DNA from: Magnetococcales bacterium
Lineage (GTDB): Bacteria; Pseudomonadota; Magnetococcia; Magnetococcales; JADFZT01
Assembly: GCA_015232395.1 (NCBI GenBank)
Contig: JADFZT010000018.1
Location: forward strand, 4,172-68,171
Direction: 5' to 3'
DNA: 64,000 nt
How positions within the stretch are numbered: position 1 is the stretch's first letter; every line of letters begins with the position of its first letter. The notes under the pieces were generated by a model. That model made no database searches and was not told the origin of the DNA. It saw only the letters and a list, made by a program, of their open reading frames with translations. Made by a program: the position numbers and the translations under genes. Positions 34,731-43,339 of the stretch are shown piece after piece.

Positions 34731-35921
34731 TTATTCAAGCACCTTCGAAACCACACCCGCACCCACCGTACGGCCACCTTCGCGGATCGCAAATCGCAGC
34801 CCCTGCTCCATGGCGATCGGGGCAATCAGCTCCACCACCATGGATACGTTATCGCCGGGCATCACCATCTCAACCCCTTCAGGCAGATGCAAAATACCCG
34901 TGACGTCCGTGGTGCGAAAATAAAACTGAGGCCGGTAGTTGCTGAAGAAAGGTGTATGACGCCCACCCTCCTCCTTGGTCAACACATAGCATTCCGCTTC
35001 AAACTTGGTGTGGGGCTTGATCGAGCCGGGCTTGGCCAAAACCTGACCACGCTCCACATCCTCGCGCTTCACACCGCGCAGCAGGGCACCGATGTTGTCA
35101 CCAGCTCGGCCCTCGTCCAAAAGCTTGCGGAACATCTCCACACCCGTACAGGTGGTGGTCGTGGTCGCCTTCATGCCGACAATCTCGATGGACTCACCCA
35201 CCTTGACGATGCCCCGCTCCACCCTTCCCGTCACCACCGTACCACGACCGGAAATCGTGAAAACATCTTCAATGGGCATCAGAAAGGGGCCATCCAGGGG
35301 ACGGTCCGGCTCAGGAATATATTCGTCCACCGCAGCCATCAGCCGGGTGATCGAATCCTCAGCCATCTCCCCGCCCTTGCCTTCCAGGGCATGGAGAGCA
35401 GATCCAATGATCACCGGAATGTCGTCGCCGGGAAAGTCGTACTGGCTCAAAAGCTCACGCACTTCCAGCTCAACCAGCTCCAGAAGCTCGGGATCGTCAA
35501 CCTGATCGGCCTTGTTCATATAGACCACCAGAGCAGGCACACCCACCTGGCGGGCCAACAAAATGTGCTCCCGGGTCTGGGGCATCGGGCCGTCCGCTGC
35601 AGACACAACCAGAATTCCGCCATCCATCTGGGCCGCACCCGTGATCATGTTCTTGATATAGTCCGCATGCCCCGGGCAGTCCACATGGGCATAGTGGCGG
35701 GAGTCGGTCTCATATTCAACATGGGCCGTCGCAATCGTGATACCGCGCTCACGCTCTTCAGGGGCTGCGTCGATCTGGTCGTAGGCCATAAACTCGGCCC
35801 CGCCCTTCGCCGCCAGTGTCTTGGTAATCGCCGCCGTCAGCGTCGTTTTGCCGTGGTCAACATGGCCAATCGTCCCAATGTTGACATGGGGTTTGGTGCG
35901 TTCAAATTTCGCCTTGGACAT
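34731..35921 (-). CDS. tuf: Elongation factor Tu, copy 2 (tRNA-tufB-type copy)
   Basis: 396 aa, identical to copy 1 except the C-terminus ...SKVLE. Preceded by tRNA-Tyr/Gly/Thr, as in the E. coli thrU-tyrU-glyT-thrT-tufB arrangement. Confidence 0.99.
   Translation of the reverse strand: MSKAKFERTKPHVNIGTIGHVDHGKTTLTAAITKTLAAKGGAEFMAYDQIDAAPEERERGITIATAHVEYETDSRHYAHVDCPGHADYIKNMITGAAQMDGGILVVSAADGPMPQTREHILLARQVGVPALVVYMNKADQVDDPELLELVELEVRELLSQYDFPGDDIPVIIGSALHALEGKGGEMAEDSITRLMAAVDEYIPEPDRPLDGPFLMPIEDVFTISGRGTVVTGRVERGIVKVGESIEIVGMKATTTTTCTGVEMFRKLLDEGRAGDNIGALLRGVKREDVERGQVLAKPGSIKPHTKFEAECYVLTKEEGGRHTPFFSNYRPQFYFRTTDVTGILHLPEGVEMVMPGDNVSMVVELIAPIAMEQGLRFAIREGGRTVGAGVVSKVLE
34762..35921. 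repeat. About 1.16-kb repeat (tuf copy 2), partner of 18249-19408
   Basis: See the partner entry. Divergence is confined to the last ~31 nt of the CDS and everything outside the CDS. Confidence 0.9.
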
Positions 35922-36014
35922 GCTGGATCCCTCCCAGGAGGCTTTAAGATGATTAGCGTAAAGCTAAGTGTTGTGTGCCAAAGTTGATGACGTCTGTGAC
36001 CATACCGGGGAAAA

Positions 36015-36089
<75 letters not shown>

Positions 36090-36100
36090 GAATCCGTTTC

Positions 36101-36174
36101 TGGAGCGGGTGGGGGGAATCGAACCCCCATGTTCAGCTTGGAAGGCTGACGTTCTACCATTGAACTACACCCGC
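36101..36174 (-). tRNA. tRNA-Gly (anticodon TCC), CCA encoded
   Basis: Reverse complement gcgggtgtagttcaatggtagaacgtcagcCTTCCAAgctgaacatgggggttcgattcccccacccgctcca. Acceptor GCGGGTG/CACCCGC, T arm GGGGG-TTCGATT-CCCCC. Confidence 0.92.
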
Positions 36175-36222
36175 CCGAAACCCCTAGCGTGCAAAATGAT
36201 GAAAAAAAGTGAAAATAAAAAA

Positions 36223-36307
36223 TGGTGGAGGGGGAAGGATTTGAACCTTCGAAGGCTAAGCCGGCAGATTTACAGTCTGCTCCCTTTGACCACTCGGGAA
36301 CCCCTCC
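36223..36307 (-). tRNA. tRNA-Tyr (anticodon GTA), long variable arm, CCA encoded
   Basis: Reverse complement ggaggggttcccgagtggtcaaagggagcagaCTGTAAAtctgccggcttagccttcgaaggttcaaatccttccccctccacca. Acceptor GGAGGGG/CCCCTCC, class II variable arm. Confidence 0.92.
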
Positions 36308-36326
36308 AGCGCAATAAAGCCGTGAA

Positions 36327-36355
36327 GATTTAACCGCTGGCGATTCGATTGTCAA
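36327..36355 (-). promoter_or_regulatory. Candidate sigma70 promoter for the tRNA-Tyr/Gly/Thr-tuf transcription unit
   Basis: Minus strand reads TTGACA (36355-36350), a 17-nt spacer, then TAAATC (36332-36327), about 20 nt upstream of the tRNA-Tyr 5' end. The -35 is perfect and the -10 weak. It overlaps the stop codon of the upstream regulator gene. Confidence 0.4.
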
Positions 36356-36930
36356 GAGATTTCCGCGCTATTTTTTTCATCCGAGGCCACTCCTTCCAAA
36401 ATCGTCACCACCCCATGGGCCTCACTTTCTACCGGATTGCGGTAAAAATGGCGAATATTGCCGTGAAAACGCGCCGAATCCCCACCTTTCAAATGAAGCG
36501 CCTCCCCTCCCAACTCCAACACCACCTCGCCCTTGAGGAGATGCAGATATTCCTCACTACCCGGTGGGTGGGGCTTTCCCTCATAGGATGCATGGCCCTT
36601 GAGATGGAAAACCATCTGGGTGATATGGAAAGATCTGGCTGGAGAAACCGTCACCGCCCGGTAGGCTCGGTCTGCCGATTCGACAATCCGCATCTCCCCA
36701 GCCGGGATCAGCTGAATCCGCTGTCGGGCCTCCTCGACCAATTCATCAATGCCAATTCCCAAAGCCTTGGCGATTTTAAAAACCACGGCCAAACTCGGAT
36801 TGGCATCATCCCGCTCCACCGTCGCCAGGGTTGCCCGGGGCACACCGGCCAGATCGGCCAGATGCTGCTGGGTCAGCTTTTTTTGTGCCCGCACAGCACG
36901 AATCCGGGTCCCGACCAGGTTGGTCAACAT
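36352..36930 (-). CDS. XRE-family HTH transcriptional regulator with C-terminal cupin domain
   Basis: 192 aa. N-terminal HTH IRAVRAQKKLTQQHLADLAGVPRATLATVERDDANPSLAVVFKIAKAL. C-terminal cupin-like GHASYEGKPHPPGSEEYLHLLKGEVVLELGGEALHLKGGDSARFHGNIRHFYRN. Confidence 0.85.
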   Translation of the reverse strand: MLTNLVGTRIRAVRAQKKLTQQHLADLAGVPRATLATVERDDANPSLAVVFKIAKALGIGIDELVEEARQRIQLIPAGEMRIVESADRAYRAVTVSPARSFHITQMVFHLKGHASYEGKPHPPGSEEYLHLLKGEVVLELGGEALHLKGGDSARFHGNIRHFYRNPVESEAHGVVTILEGVASDEKNSAEIS

Positions 36931-37165
36931 GGCTTAACTCCTCTTCTGTTTTGTCGGCTCGCCAACTTTTTTGTCGGTATACCATTTTTTTTCTTGACTT
37001 GCAAGGCCCAATTCTCCACCCTGTAGCCACCAGACGACGGGACCAAACGAGTAAAGGTCACCCAGCTGACAAAACCAAACGCCAAAGAGGCATTAAGCCT
37101 CGCTTTAAAACCCTAACGAACTGTCCATTTGAAACGTAGATGAACCACCCAAGGAGAGCATCAAC

Positions 37166-37762
37166 ATGAGTGTACTGGTCACCAAGCCCGCCCCCGATTT
37201 CAAAGCTACCGCCGTCATGGCTGACAACGATTTCCAAGAAATTTCCCTGTCCGACTATAAGGGCAAATATGTCGTGCTGTTTTTCTACCCTCTGGACTTT
37301 ACCTTTGTCTGCCCCTCCGAAATCATCGCCTTCGGCCACCGGTTGGATGAATTCAAAAAGCGCGGCGTCGAAGTGATCGGTGTTTCGGTTGACTCCCATT
37401 TCAGCCATTTGGCCTGGAAGAACACCCCGGTCAACAACGGTGGTATCGGCAATGTGCAATATCCTCTGGTGGCGGATCTCACCAAACAGATCTCCCGGGA
37501 CTATGATGTCCTTACCGGCCCCGACATCGCCCTGCGCGCTTCATTCCTGATCGACAAGGAAGGCGTTGTCCGCCATCAGGTGGTGAATGACCTGCCCCTG
37601 GGTCGCAACATCGATGAAATGCTGCGCATGATCGACGCTCTACAGTTTACCGAAGAGCACGGCGAGGTCTGCCCGGCGGGCTGGGAAGAAGGCAAACCCG
37701 GCATGCAAGGCTCCACCAAAGGGGTTGCCGACTATCTGGCCAAGCACGCCGACGCCCTTTAA
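37166..37762 (+). CDS. ahpC: Typical 2-Cys peroxiredoxin (AhpC/Tsa family)
   Basis: 198 aa. Peroxidatic Cys motif [14 protein letters not shown] and resolving Cys [18 protein letters not shown] 8 nt upstream. Confidence 0.93.
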   Translation: MSVLVTKPAPDFKATAVMADNDFQEISLSDYKGKYVVLFFYPLDFTFVCPSEIIAFGHRLDEFKKRGVEVIGVSVDSHFSHLAWKNTPVNNGGIGNVQYPLVADLTKQISRDYDVLTGPDIALRASFLIDKEGVVRHQVVNDLPLGRNIDEMLRMIDALQFTEEHGEVCPAGWEEGKPGMQGSTKGVADYLAKHADAL

Positions 37763-37831
37763 GGCACGGAACTACAATCGTTATTCACGATCAAAAATCG
37801 TAAGAAACCCGAACTGCCAAGGAACAAGATC

Positions 37832-38221
37832 ATGCCCAAGATCAATCGCTATGTTGACATCTCCCAAGTGGACAAAGAAGCCAAGAAGGATTACATCGAC
37901 CGTCACTCCCCCTTCATCGAGTGCGCCAGCAGCGCCAAAGACTCGGTCAAATTTCCAGTGACCGTGCGCATGGGCCAGGAATATAGCCACCCGGACGATG
38001 CCGACCACTACATCAAATCCATGCAGCTCTATAACGGCCCGACCCTCCTGGCCGAAGCCAGCTTCACCTCCGGCGCCCTGGGCGGCACCGGAAATAAAAG
38101 TCAAGCCGAAGTGACCTTCAACATCATCCCCTCAGGCAACAAAATGCGTCTCACTGCCCTGGCCTACTGCACCAAGCACGGCCTCTGGGAGTGTGATCCG
38201 GTTGAGGTCTCCGTGGATTGA
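37832..38221 (+). CDS. sor: Superoxide reductase, 1Fe neelaredoxin-type
   Basis: 129 aa. By hand alignment to the P. furiosus-type SOR, all iron ligand positions are present: DRHSPFIE (cf. EKHVPVIE), SHPDDADHYI (cf. HPNTTEHHI) and YCTKHGLWE (cf. YCNIHGLWE). Confidence 0.8.
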   Translation: MPKINRYVDISQVDKEAKKDYIDRHSPFIECASSAKDSVKFPVTVRMGQEYSHPDDADHYIKSMQLYNGPTLLAEASFTSGALGGTGNKSQAEVTFNIIPSGNKMRLTALAYCTKHGLWECDPVEVSVD

Positions 38222-38384
38222 TCCAAACCACTTCGGCCATATGAACTTTGCATCCGGGTGAAACACTTGAAGCCCGGATCAAAAGTGAACGTCCCCAAGC
38301 CTGGACGGTGCATGAATCACCTCGCACCCTCCAGGCTTTCGGGCGTTTCGGTTCAGCCACCTTTTGCAACGAAAGGACGGAATA

Positions 38385-38966
38385 ATGGCCTTTGAACTCC
38401 CCCCTCTCCCCTACCCCATGGATGCCCTGGAGCCCCATATTTCCCGGGAAACCCTGGCCTTTCACTATGGCAAGCACCATCAGACCTACCTCACCAACCT
38501 GAACAATCTGGTTCCTGGTTCCAAATTCGACGGAATGAGCCTGGATGAGATCGTCAGGAACGCTACCGGCGGACTCTTCAACAATGCCGCCCAAGTGTGG
38601 AACCACACCTTCTATTGGCACTGCCTCTCACCCAATGGTGGAGGTGAGCCGACCGGTGCCCTGGCCCAGGCTATCAACGATGCCTTCGGCTCCTTTGGAA
38701 ATTTCAAGGAAGCCTTCACCAAAGCCGCAGTTACCACTTTCGGTTCAGGCTGGGCGTGGCTGGTGCGAAACGGGGATGGATCGTTGGAAATCATGACCAC
38801 TGCCAATGCCGGCACCCCTGGGACAGAGGGCAGGACGCCCCTTCTCACCTGTGATGTCTGGGAGCATGCCTACTATGTGGACTACCGCAACGCCCGACCC
38901 AAATATTTGGTGGCGTTCTGGGAGCTGGTCAATTGGGAATTTGTCGGAAAAAATCTCGCGGTCTGA
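38385..38966 (+). CDS. sodB: Iron superoxide dismutase
   Basis: 193 aa from ATG 38385: [35 protein letters not shown]...[11 protein letters not shown] (Fe-type)...[13 protein letters not shown]. The ORF-track start at 38364 adds 7 residues without support. Confidence 0.95.
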   Translation: MAFELPPLPYPMDALEPHISRETLAFHYGKHHQTYLTNLNNLVPGSKFDGMSLDEIVRNATGGLFNNAAQVWNHTFYWHCLSPNGGGEPTGALAQAINDAFGSFGNFKEAFTKAAVTTFGSGWAWLVRNGDGSLEIMTTANAGTPGTEGRTPLLTCDVWEHAYYVDYRNARPKYLVAFWELVNWEFVGKNLAV

Positions 38967-39012
38967 TGGGATCCATAACCACCTGACCGGGTGGAAGCGC
39001 TTCTAAAACGAG

Positions 39013-39056
39013 GAACGGCCAGGGCTCCCGGGAGCTGCTGGCCGTTTTGATTTTTT
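39013..39056 (+). terminator. Rho-independent terminator after sodB
   Basis: AACGGCCAG...CTGGCCGTT outer stem (9 bp) enclosing the palindrome GCTCCCGGGAGC, followed by TTGATTTTTT. The reverse orientation may also serve convergent comM. Confidence 0.8.
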
Positions 39057-39106
39057 ATCGCTCTTTTAATCCTAAATCCGATAGAGGGGCACCATCCCCC
39101 TCCCCT

Positions 39107-40636
39107 TCAATCCCCTCCGGCAAAGCCCCCGGAAACTCTGAACTGCACCGCCTCGGCCAAATGGTCCACCTCGATTTTTTCCGCTCCGGCCAAATCCGCA
39201 ATGGTGCGGGCGACTTTGAGCAGGCGATGGTGGGTGCGGGCGGAAAAGCCCAGCTTGCGACCGGCGTTCAAGAGCAGACTTCGACCGGCTTCATCCAGTT
39301 GGGTGACACGATCCAAAGCTTCCCCGATGAGGCCTGCGTTGAGCATTCCCTGACCGTTGCGGCGTAGCTGCTTCTCCCTGGCTTGGGAAACCCGTTCCCG
39401 AACCCGGCTTGAGGCTTCGCCATCGGCCATGGCCACCAGTTTTTCGTGGGGAACCGGGGGCACTTCCACATGCAGATCAATGCGATCAAGCAGAGGGCCG
39501 GAGAGCTTGGCGCGATAGTTTTCCACCCGCCCCGGATGGCAGCGGCACTCCCGATAGGGATCTCCCCGATGGCCACAGGGGCAAGGATTGCAGGCAGCAA
39601 TGAGTTGAAAATCAGCGGGGAAGGCGGTGGTGCGGGCGGCCCGGGAGATGGTCACCTCCCCCGCTTCCAGAGGCTCCCGAAGCACTTCCAGCGTGTTACG
39701 ACCAAATTCGGGAATTTCATCCAGAAACAACACTCCCCGGTGGGCCAAGCTCACCTCTCCCGGACGAGGCACCCCGCCGCCGCCGATGAGAGCGACCCGG
39801 GAGGCGGTGTGGTGAGGGGCGCGAAAGGGGCGGATCCCTACCAAAGGTTGACCCTGGGGGAGCTTGCCTGCGACGGAGTGAATGGCGGTTACTTCCAGGG
39901 CTTCGTCGAGAGAAAGCGTGGGCAAAATACCGGGCAGGCAGCGGGCCAGGAGGGTTTTTCCGGAGCCTGGAGGGCCGCTCATGATGAGATTGTGAGCCCC
40001 AGCCGCCACCACTTCCAGAGCCCGTTTGGCAAACTCCTGACCTTTAACCTCGGAGAGATCACGAAAAAGGGCGGTTTCTGCATCCAGCCATCCCTGCCAG
40101 TTGGTGGTGGGGACCGACTCCAAGGGGGTATCTCCCACCAGATGCTGGACCAGATCGAGGAGGGTTTTGGGGGCAATCACTGACAGGTCCGGGGTCAGAG
40201 CGGCTTCCGGGCCATTCTCTCCGGATACGATCAACTCCATTTCCCGCTTGCGGGCATAGAGGGCGGCCGGGAGGGCTCCGGGGACGGGCTTGATGCGGCC
40301 ATCGAGGGCCAGCTCTCCTAAAAAAATCCGATTTTCCAACACTTCCGGAGACAAGGAACCCATGGCAGCCAAGAGCCCCAAAGCCATGGGGAGGTCGTAG
40401 CCGCTGCCCGCTTTGGGGAGGTTGGCTGGCGCCAGGTTGATGGTGACTCTTCGGGGGGGAATGCGATAGCCGGAGTTGCCCAGTGCCGCCCGCACCCGAT
40501 CCTTGGCCTCTTTCACCGCCCCTTCCGGCAGCCCCACCATGTTGAGGGAGGGCAATCCCCGGCTGAGATCCACTTCCACTTCAACGGGACGCGCCGTCAC
40601 CCCTTCCAACGCCACGGTATTGATGCGAGCGAGCAT
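39107..40636 (-). CDS. comM: YifB/ComM family Mg-chelatase-like AAA+ ATPase
   Basis: 509 aa. N-terminal Lon-protease-like domain (VEVDLSRGLPSLNMVGLPEGAVKEAKDRVRAAL), Walker A GPPGSGKT and GVLFLDEIPEF, characteristic of this family. Confidence 0.92.
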   Translation of the reverse strand: MLARINTVALEGVTARPVEVEVDLSRGLPSLNMVGLPEGAVKEAKDRVRAALGNSGYRIPPRRVTINLAPANLPKAGSGYDLPMALGLLAAMGSLSPEVLENRIFLGELALDGRIKPVPGALPAALYARKREMELIVSGENGPEAALTPDLSVIAPKTLLDLVQHLVGDTPLESVPTTNWQGWLDAETALFRDLSEVKGQEFAKRALEVVAAGAHNLIMSGPPGSGKTLLARCLPGILPTLSLDEALEVTAIHSVAGKLPQGQPLVGIRPFRAPHHTASRVALIGGGGVPRPGEVSLAHRGVLFLDEIPEFGRNTLEVLREPLEAGEVTISRAARTTAFPADFQLIAACNPCPCGHRGDPYRECRCHPGRVENYRAKLSGPLLDRIDLHVEVPPVPHEKLVAMADGEASSRVRERVSQAREKQLRRNGQGMLNAGLIGEALDRVTQLDEAGRSLLLNAGRKLGFSARTHHRLLKVARTIADLAGAEKIEVDHLAEAVQFRVSGGFAGGD

Positions 40637-41345
40637 TATTCAGTAATCCATCACGGTAAATGTTCCAAACATAGCGCCCAAACGGTGCATAGCGTTGTTA
40701 TCCTCTCTCTTCCAGGAGCATTTCAGCTGCAGTTTTATCACCTGGCAGGAAGTCCACCATACCTCTCAGGCTCTGGTTTGCCCCCAGGCCAGGTGATATT
40801 CGGTTGAATCAGCCGTTTTTTGCAGGCCTGGCTGATCGGTCTCTCTGATTAGGAACCAACTGGGCGACAGGTTTGTTGCGACGGGTGATGAGGACAGGTC
40901 ACCCACCTCAGCGGCTCGGATGCATTAAGAACGCTCCGCTTTCAGTGCACCCATCAATCATTGCATGTCGGCTGTTTTCGCTCTGATCTTCCCAGCCATT
41001 CCCACCTCGATGGTAGACCCATTGAGGCGTGACGACAACATTAAGCCATCTGATGGATCAGGATATCAGATTCTTTATGCAACTTCTGCGGTCAAGTGGT
41101 CGGCGGGAGTAAAGAACTAGAGCCAAGCATTGAAGATGGGGGTGGACTAGTGGTGGCGGTTGTCTTTGAAATCAAAGTGTTGCAACTCTAATCCCATTTT
41201 TTACACTCGCACTTTTACCACTAGAGGAGATAGTTTGGAAAACAGAGCGCTTAAATGATAATATTTCTCTTGAGCATTCATTTCATCCTTACAAGAGTTC
41301 TGACACATGCTGATAAGTAACGCCAAATCTGGATATATTCGCATT

Positions 41346-41424
41346 GGACTTCCAGGATTCCCGCCTTCGCAAAAACGACGGCAAAAGGGCAACAGCACAT
41401 GTCCAATTCAAAGATTCGAATTGC
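41346..41424 (+). repeat. Short palindromic repeat element, copy A
   Basis: CCAGGATTCCCGCCTTCGCAAAAACGACGGCAAAAGGGCAACAGCACATGTCCAATTCAAAGATTCGAATTGC aligns by eye with copy B (53106-53184) over about 75 nt, same orientation. Confidence 0.75.
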
Positions 41425-41475
41425 TTGAGAGCACATCTCAGGGATAGGGAGGCAAGGTTGTTGAAAGAAAGCAAA

Positions 41476-41510
41476 ACAAAAAAGCCTCTCCGGGGAGGGA
41501 AAGGCTTTTT
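41476..41510 (-). terminator. Rho-independent terminator after the aldehyde dehydrogenase gene (bidirectional shape)
   Basis: AAAGCCTCTCC-ggggag-GGAAAGGCTTT stem (one mismatch). On the minus strand it is followed by TTTTTTGTTTT. Lies 40 nt downstream of the stop at 41552. Confidence 0.75.
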
Positions 41511-41551
41511 GTCTGCTCTTTGGTGGGTTCAGCGTTGGCGTTGGAGAGGGG

Positions 41552-42979
41552 TCACACCCGATAGACCAGTACCCGCTCTTCCAGCATGTCGTTCATGGCG
41601 TAGCGGACCCCTTCTCTTCCCAGGCCGGAATCCTTGAGGCCGCCGTAGGGCATGGAATCAACTCGGAATGAGGGCACGTCGTTGTGGATCACACCCCCCA
41701 CTTCCAGTTGATCCATGGCGCGCATCACCGTGTTGAAATCATTCGTAAAGATGCCGCACTGCAAACCAAAGCGGGAGTCATTCACCCGATCAAAGGCTTC
41801 GTTCATGCACTCCACCGGGGTTAAGGTCACCACCGGTCCAAAGGCCTCCTCGGCATTGACCTGGCAATTTTCTTCCACCTCCTGCAACACTGTCGCATTC
41901 AAGGTGTTGCCCTGACCCACTTCGGCGATGGTATTACCGGTAACCAACTCCGCACCCAGATCCAACGCTTCCCCAATCCAGCTCTGCAAGCGATTCAAGT
42001 TGGCGGTATCGATCATCGGACCCAGTGTGGTGGACTCCTCCAGGGGGTTGCCGGGACGTAGCTGCTCCACCGCCCGCTTGAACCTGGCTCTGAACTCCCC
42101 CACCACCTCTTCGTGGAGAAAAATCCGCTGCACCGAAATACACACCTGGCCGCACTGATAAAAAGCCCCCATCACCGCCCGGGAAATCAGCCAGTCCCAA
42201 TCCCGAACATCCTTATCAACAATCAGCCCGGCATTGCCCCCCAGCTCCAGCACTACCTTTTTGCGTCCCGCATCCCGCTTCATCTGCCAGCCGACATCCG
42301 GGGAACCGGTAAACGACAGCAGCTGGCTGCGGTCATCCTCCACCAGCATCTGCCCCGCTGCGCGATCACACGGCAGCACCGAAAAAGCCCCGTGAGGCCA
42401 GCCGGATTCCCGAATGATTTCCGCCAGCATCAGCGCCGTCAGTGGGGTTTTGGATGCGGGTTTCATGACCACTGGACAGCCCACTGCCATCGCCGGAGCG
42501 ATCTTATGTACGGCCAGATTCAAGGGAAAATTAAAAGGGGCAATCGCCGCCACCACCCCGACGGGATAGCGCCGCACCAATGCCCGACGGCCCGCCCCCA
42601 TGGAGTTGACACCCAGATCATACGCCTCCCCATAAACCCGGGTCGCCTCCCCCACCGCAATATCGAAAGTGGCTACAGCTCTCGCCACTTCCAGGCGGGA
42701 TTCGGCGATGGTCTTGCCATTTTCCTGGGAGAGGGTTTTGGCAAACAGCTCCGAACGCTGGGCCAGCCGATCCCGGACATAAGCCAACGCCCCGGCCCGC
42801 TGATAGGGCTCCATCTTGCGGGTATCCCCCAACGCCACCTGGGCCGATTCCAACGCCCGATCGATCTCACTCGTGCCACATCGGGCCACCTGCTCCACCA
42901 ACCCGCCGTCAAAGGGGTTGACCACATCCATGCTCTTGCCGGTTTCCACCCACTCTCCGGCCAGATAAGCGCTGCGCAT
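41552..42979 (-). CDS. NAD(P)-dependent aldehyde dehydrogenase family protein
   Basis: About 475 aa. FNFPLNL, catalytic Glu in LELGGNA and catalytic Cys in FYQCGQVCIS. ATG at 42977-42979 (the ORF-track start at 42982 is a GTG one codon upstream). Substrate not inferable. Confidence 0.9.
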   Translation of the reverse strand: MRSAYLAGEWVETGKSMDVVNPFDGGLVEQVARCGTSEIDRALESAQVALGDTRKMEPYQRAGALAYVRDRLAQRSELFAKTLSQENGKTIAESRLEVARAVATFDIAVGEATRVYGEAYDLGVNSMGAGRRALVRRYPVGVVAAIAPFNFPLNLAVHKIAPAMAVGCPVVMKPASKTPLTALMLAEIIRESGWPHGAFSVLPCDRAAGQMLVEDDRSQLLSFTGSPDVGWQMKRDAGRKKVVLELGGNAGLIVDKDVRDWDWLISRAVMGAFYQCGQVCISVQRIFLHEEVVGEFRARFKRAVEQLRPGNPLEESTTLGPMIDTANLNRLQSWIGEALDLGAELVTGNTIAEVGQGNTLNATVLQEVEENCQVNAEEAFGPVVTLTPVECMNEAFDRVNDSRFGLQCGIFTNDFNTVMRAMDQLEVGGVIHNDVPSFRVDSMPYGGLKDSGLGREGVRYAMNDMLEERVLVYRV

Positions 42980-43004
42980 CACAATTCCCCCAGCTCTAAA
43001 TCCA

Positions 43005-43277
43005 TCATCCTTCGGGTTTGTCCTTCAGGCCCGCCATGGCCGCCTCCAGCTCCGCCACACGCTTTTCCATGTTTTCCAGCTTGATGCGGGTGTTGGACAG
43101 CAGCTCCTGGGCCACCTCCAGCTCCTCCCGGGTGGCCAGATTAAAATGCTCCGCCCCCTCTTGCACCACCTCACGCACCTTGCCGACCATCTCTTCCCGG
43201 CTCTCACCGAGCTGGCTGAACACACCCAAAATGTTTTGGGTGATCTGGTCCACCACCATGTTGTCGATCTGCATCAT
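43005..43277 (-). CDS. ubiK: UbiK/YqiC-family coiled-coil protein (ubiquinone biosynthesis accessory factor)
   Basis: 90 aa. LATREELEVAQELLSNTRIKLENMEKRVAELEA parallels E. coli YqiC [33 protein letters not shown] (recalled from memory). Adjacent to ubiV. Confidence 0.7.
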   Translation of the reverse strand: MMQIDNMVVDQITQNILGVFSQLGESREEMVGKVREVVQEGAEHFNLATREELEVAQELLSNTRIKLENMEKRVAELEAAMAGLKDKPEG

Positions 43278-43339
43278 TTCGAGGAATCTCCCACAAAAAA
43301 TGAAACCAGACGGCCCCTCTCTCCAGGTCCGCCGCCGAT

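Noticed and set aside
43278-43339. A missing ubiT (SCP2) gene hidden between ubiV and ubiK, or between ubiX and ubiU (45265-45362)
   Set aside because: The spacers are only about 60 and about 100 nt, too short for an SCP2 domain. Absence from this locus says nothing about the rest of the genome.
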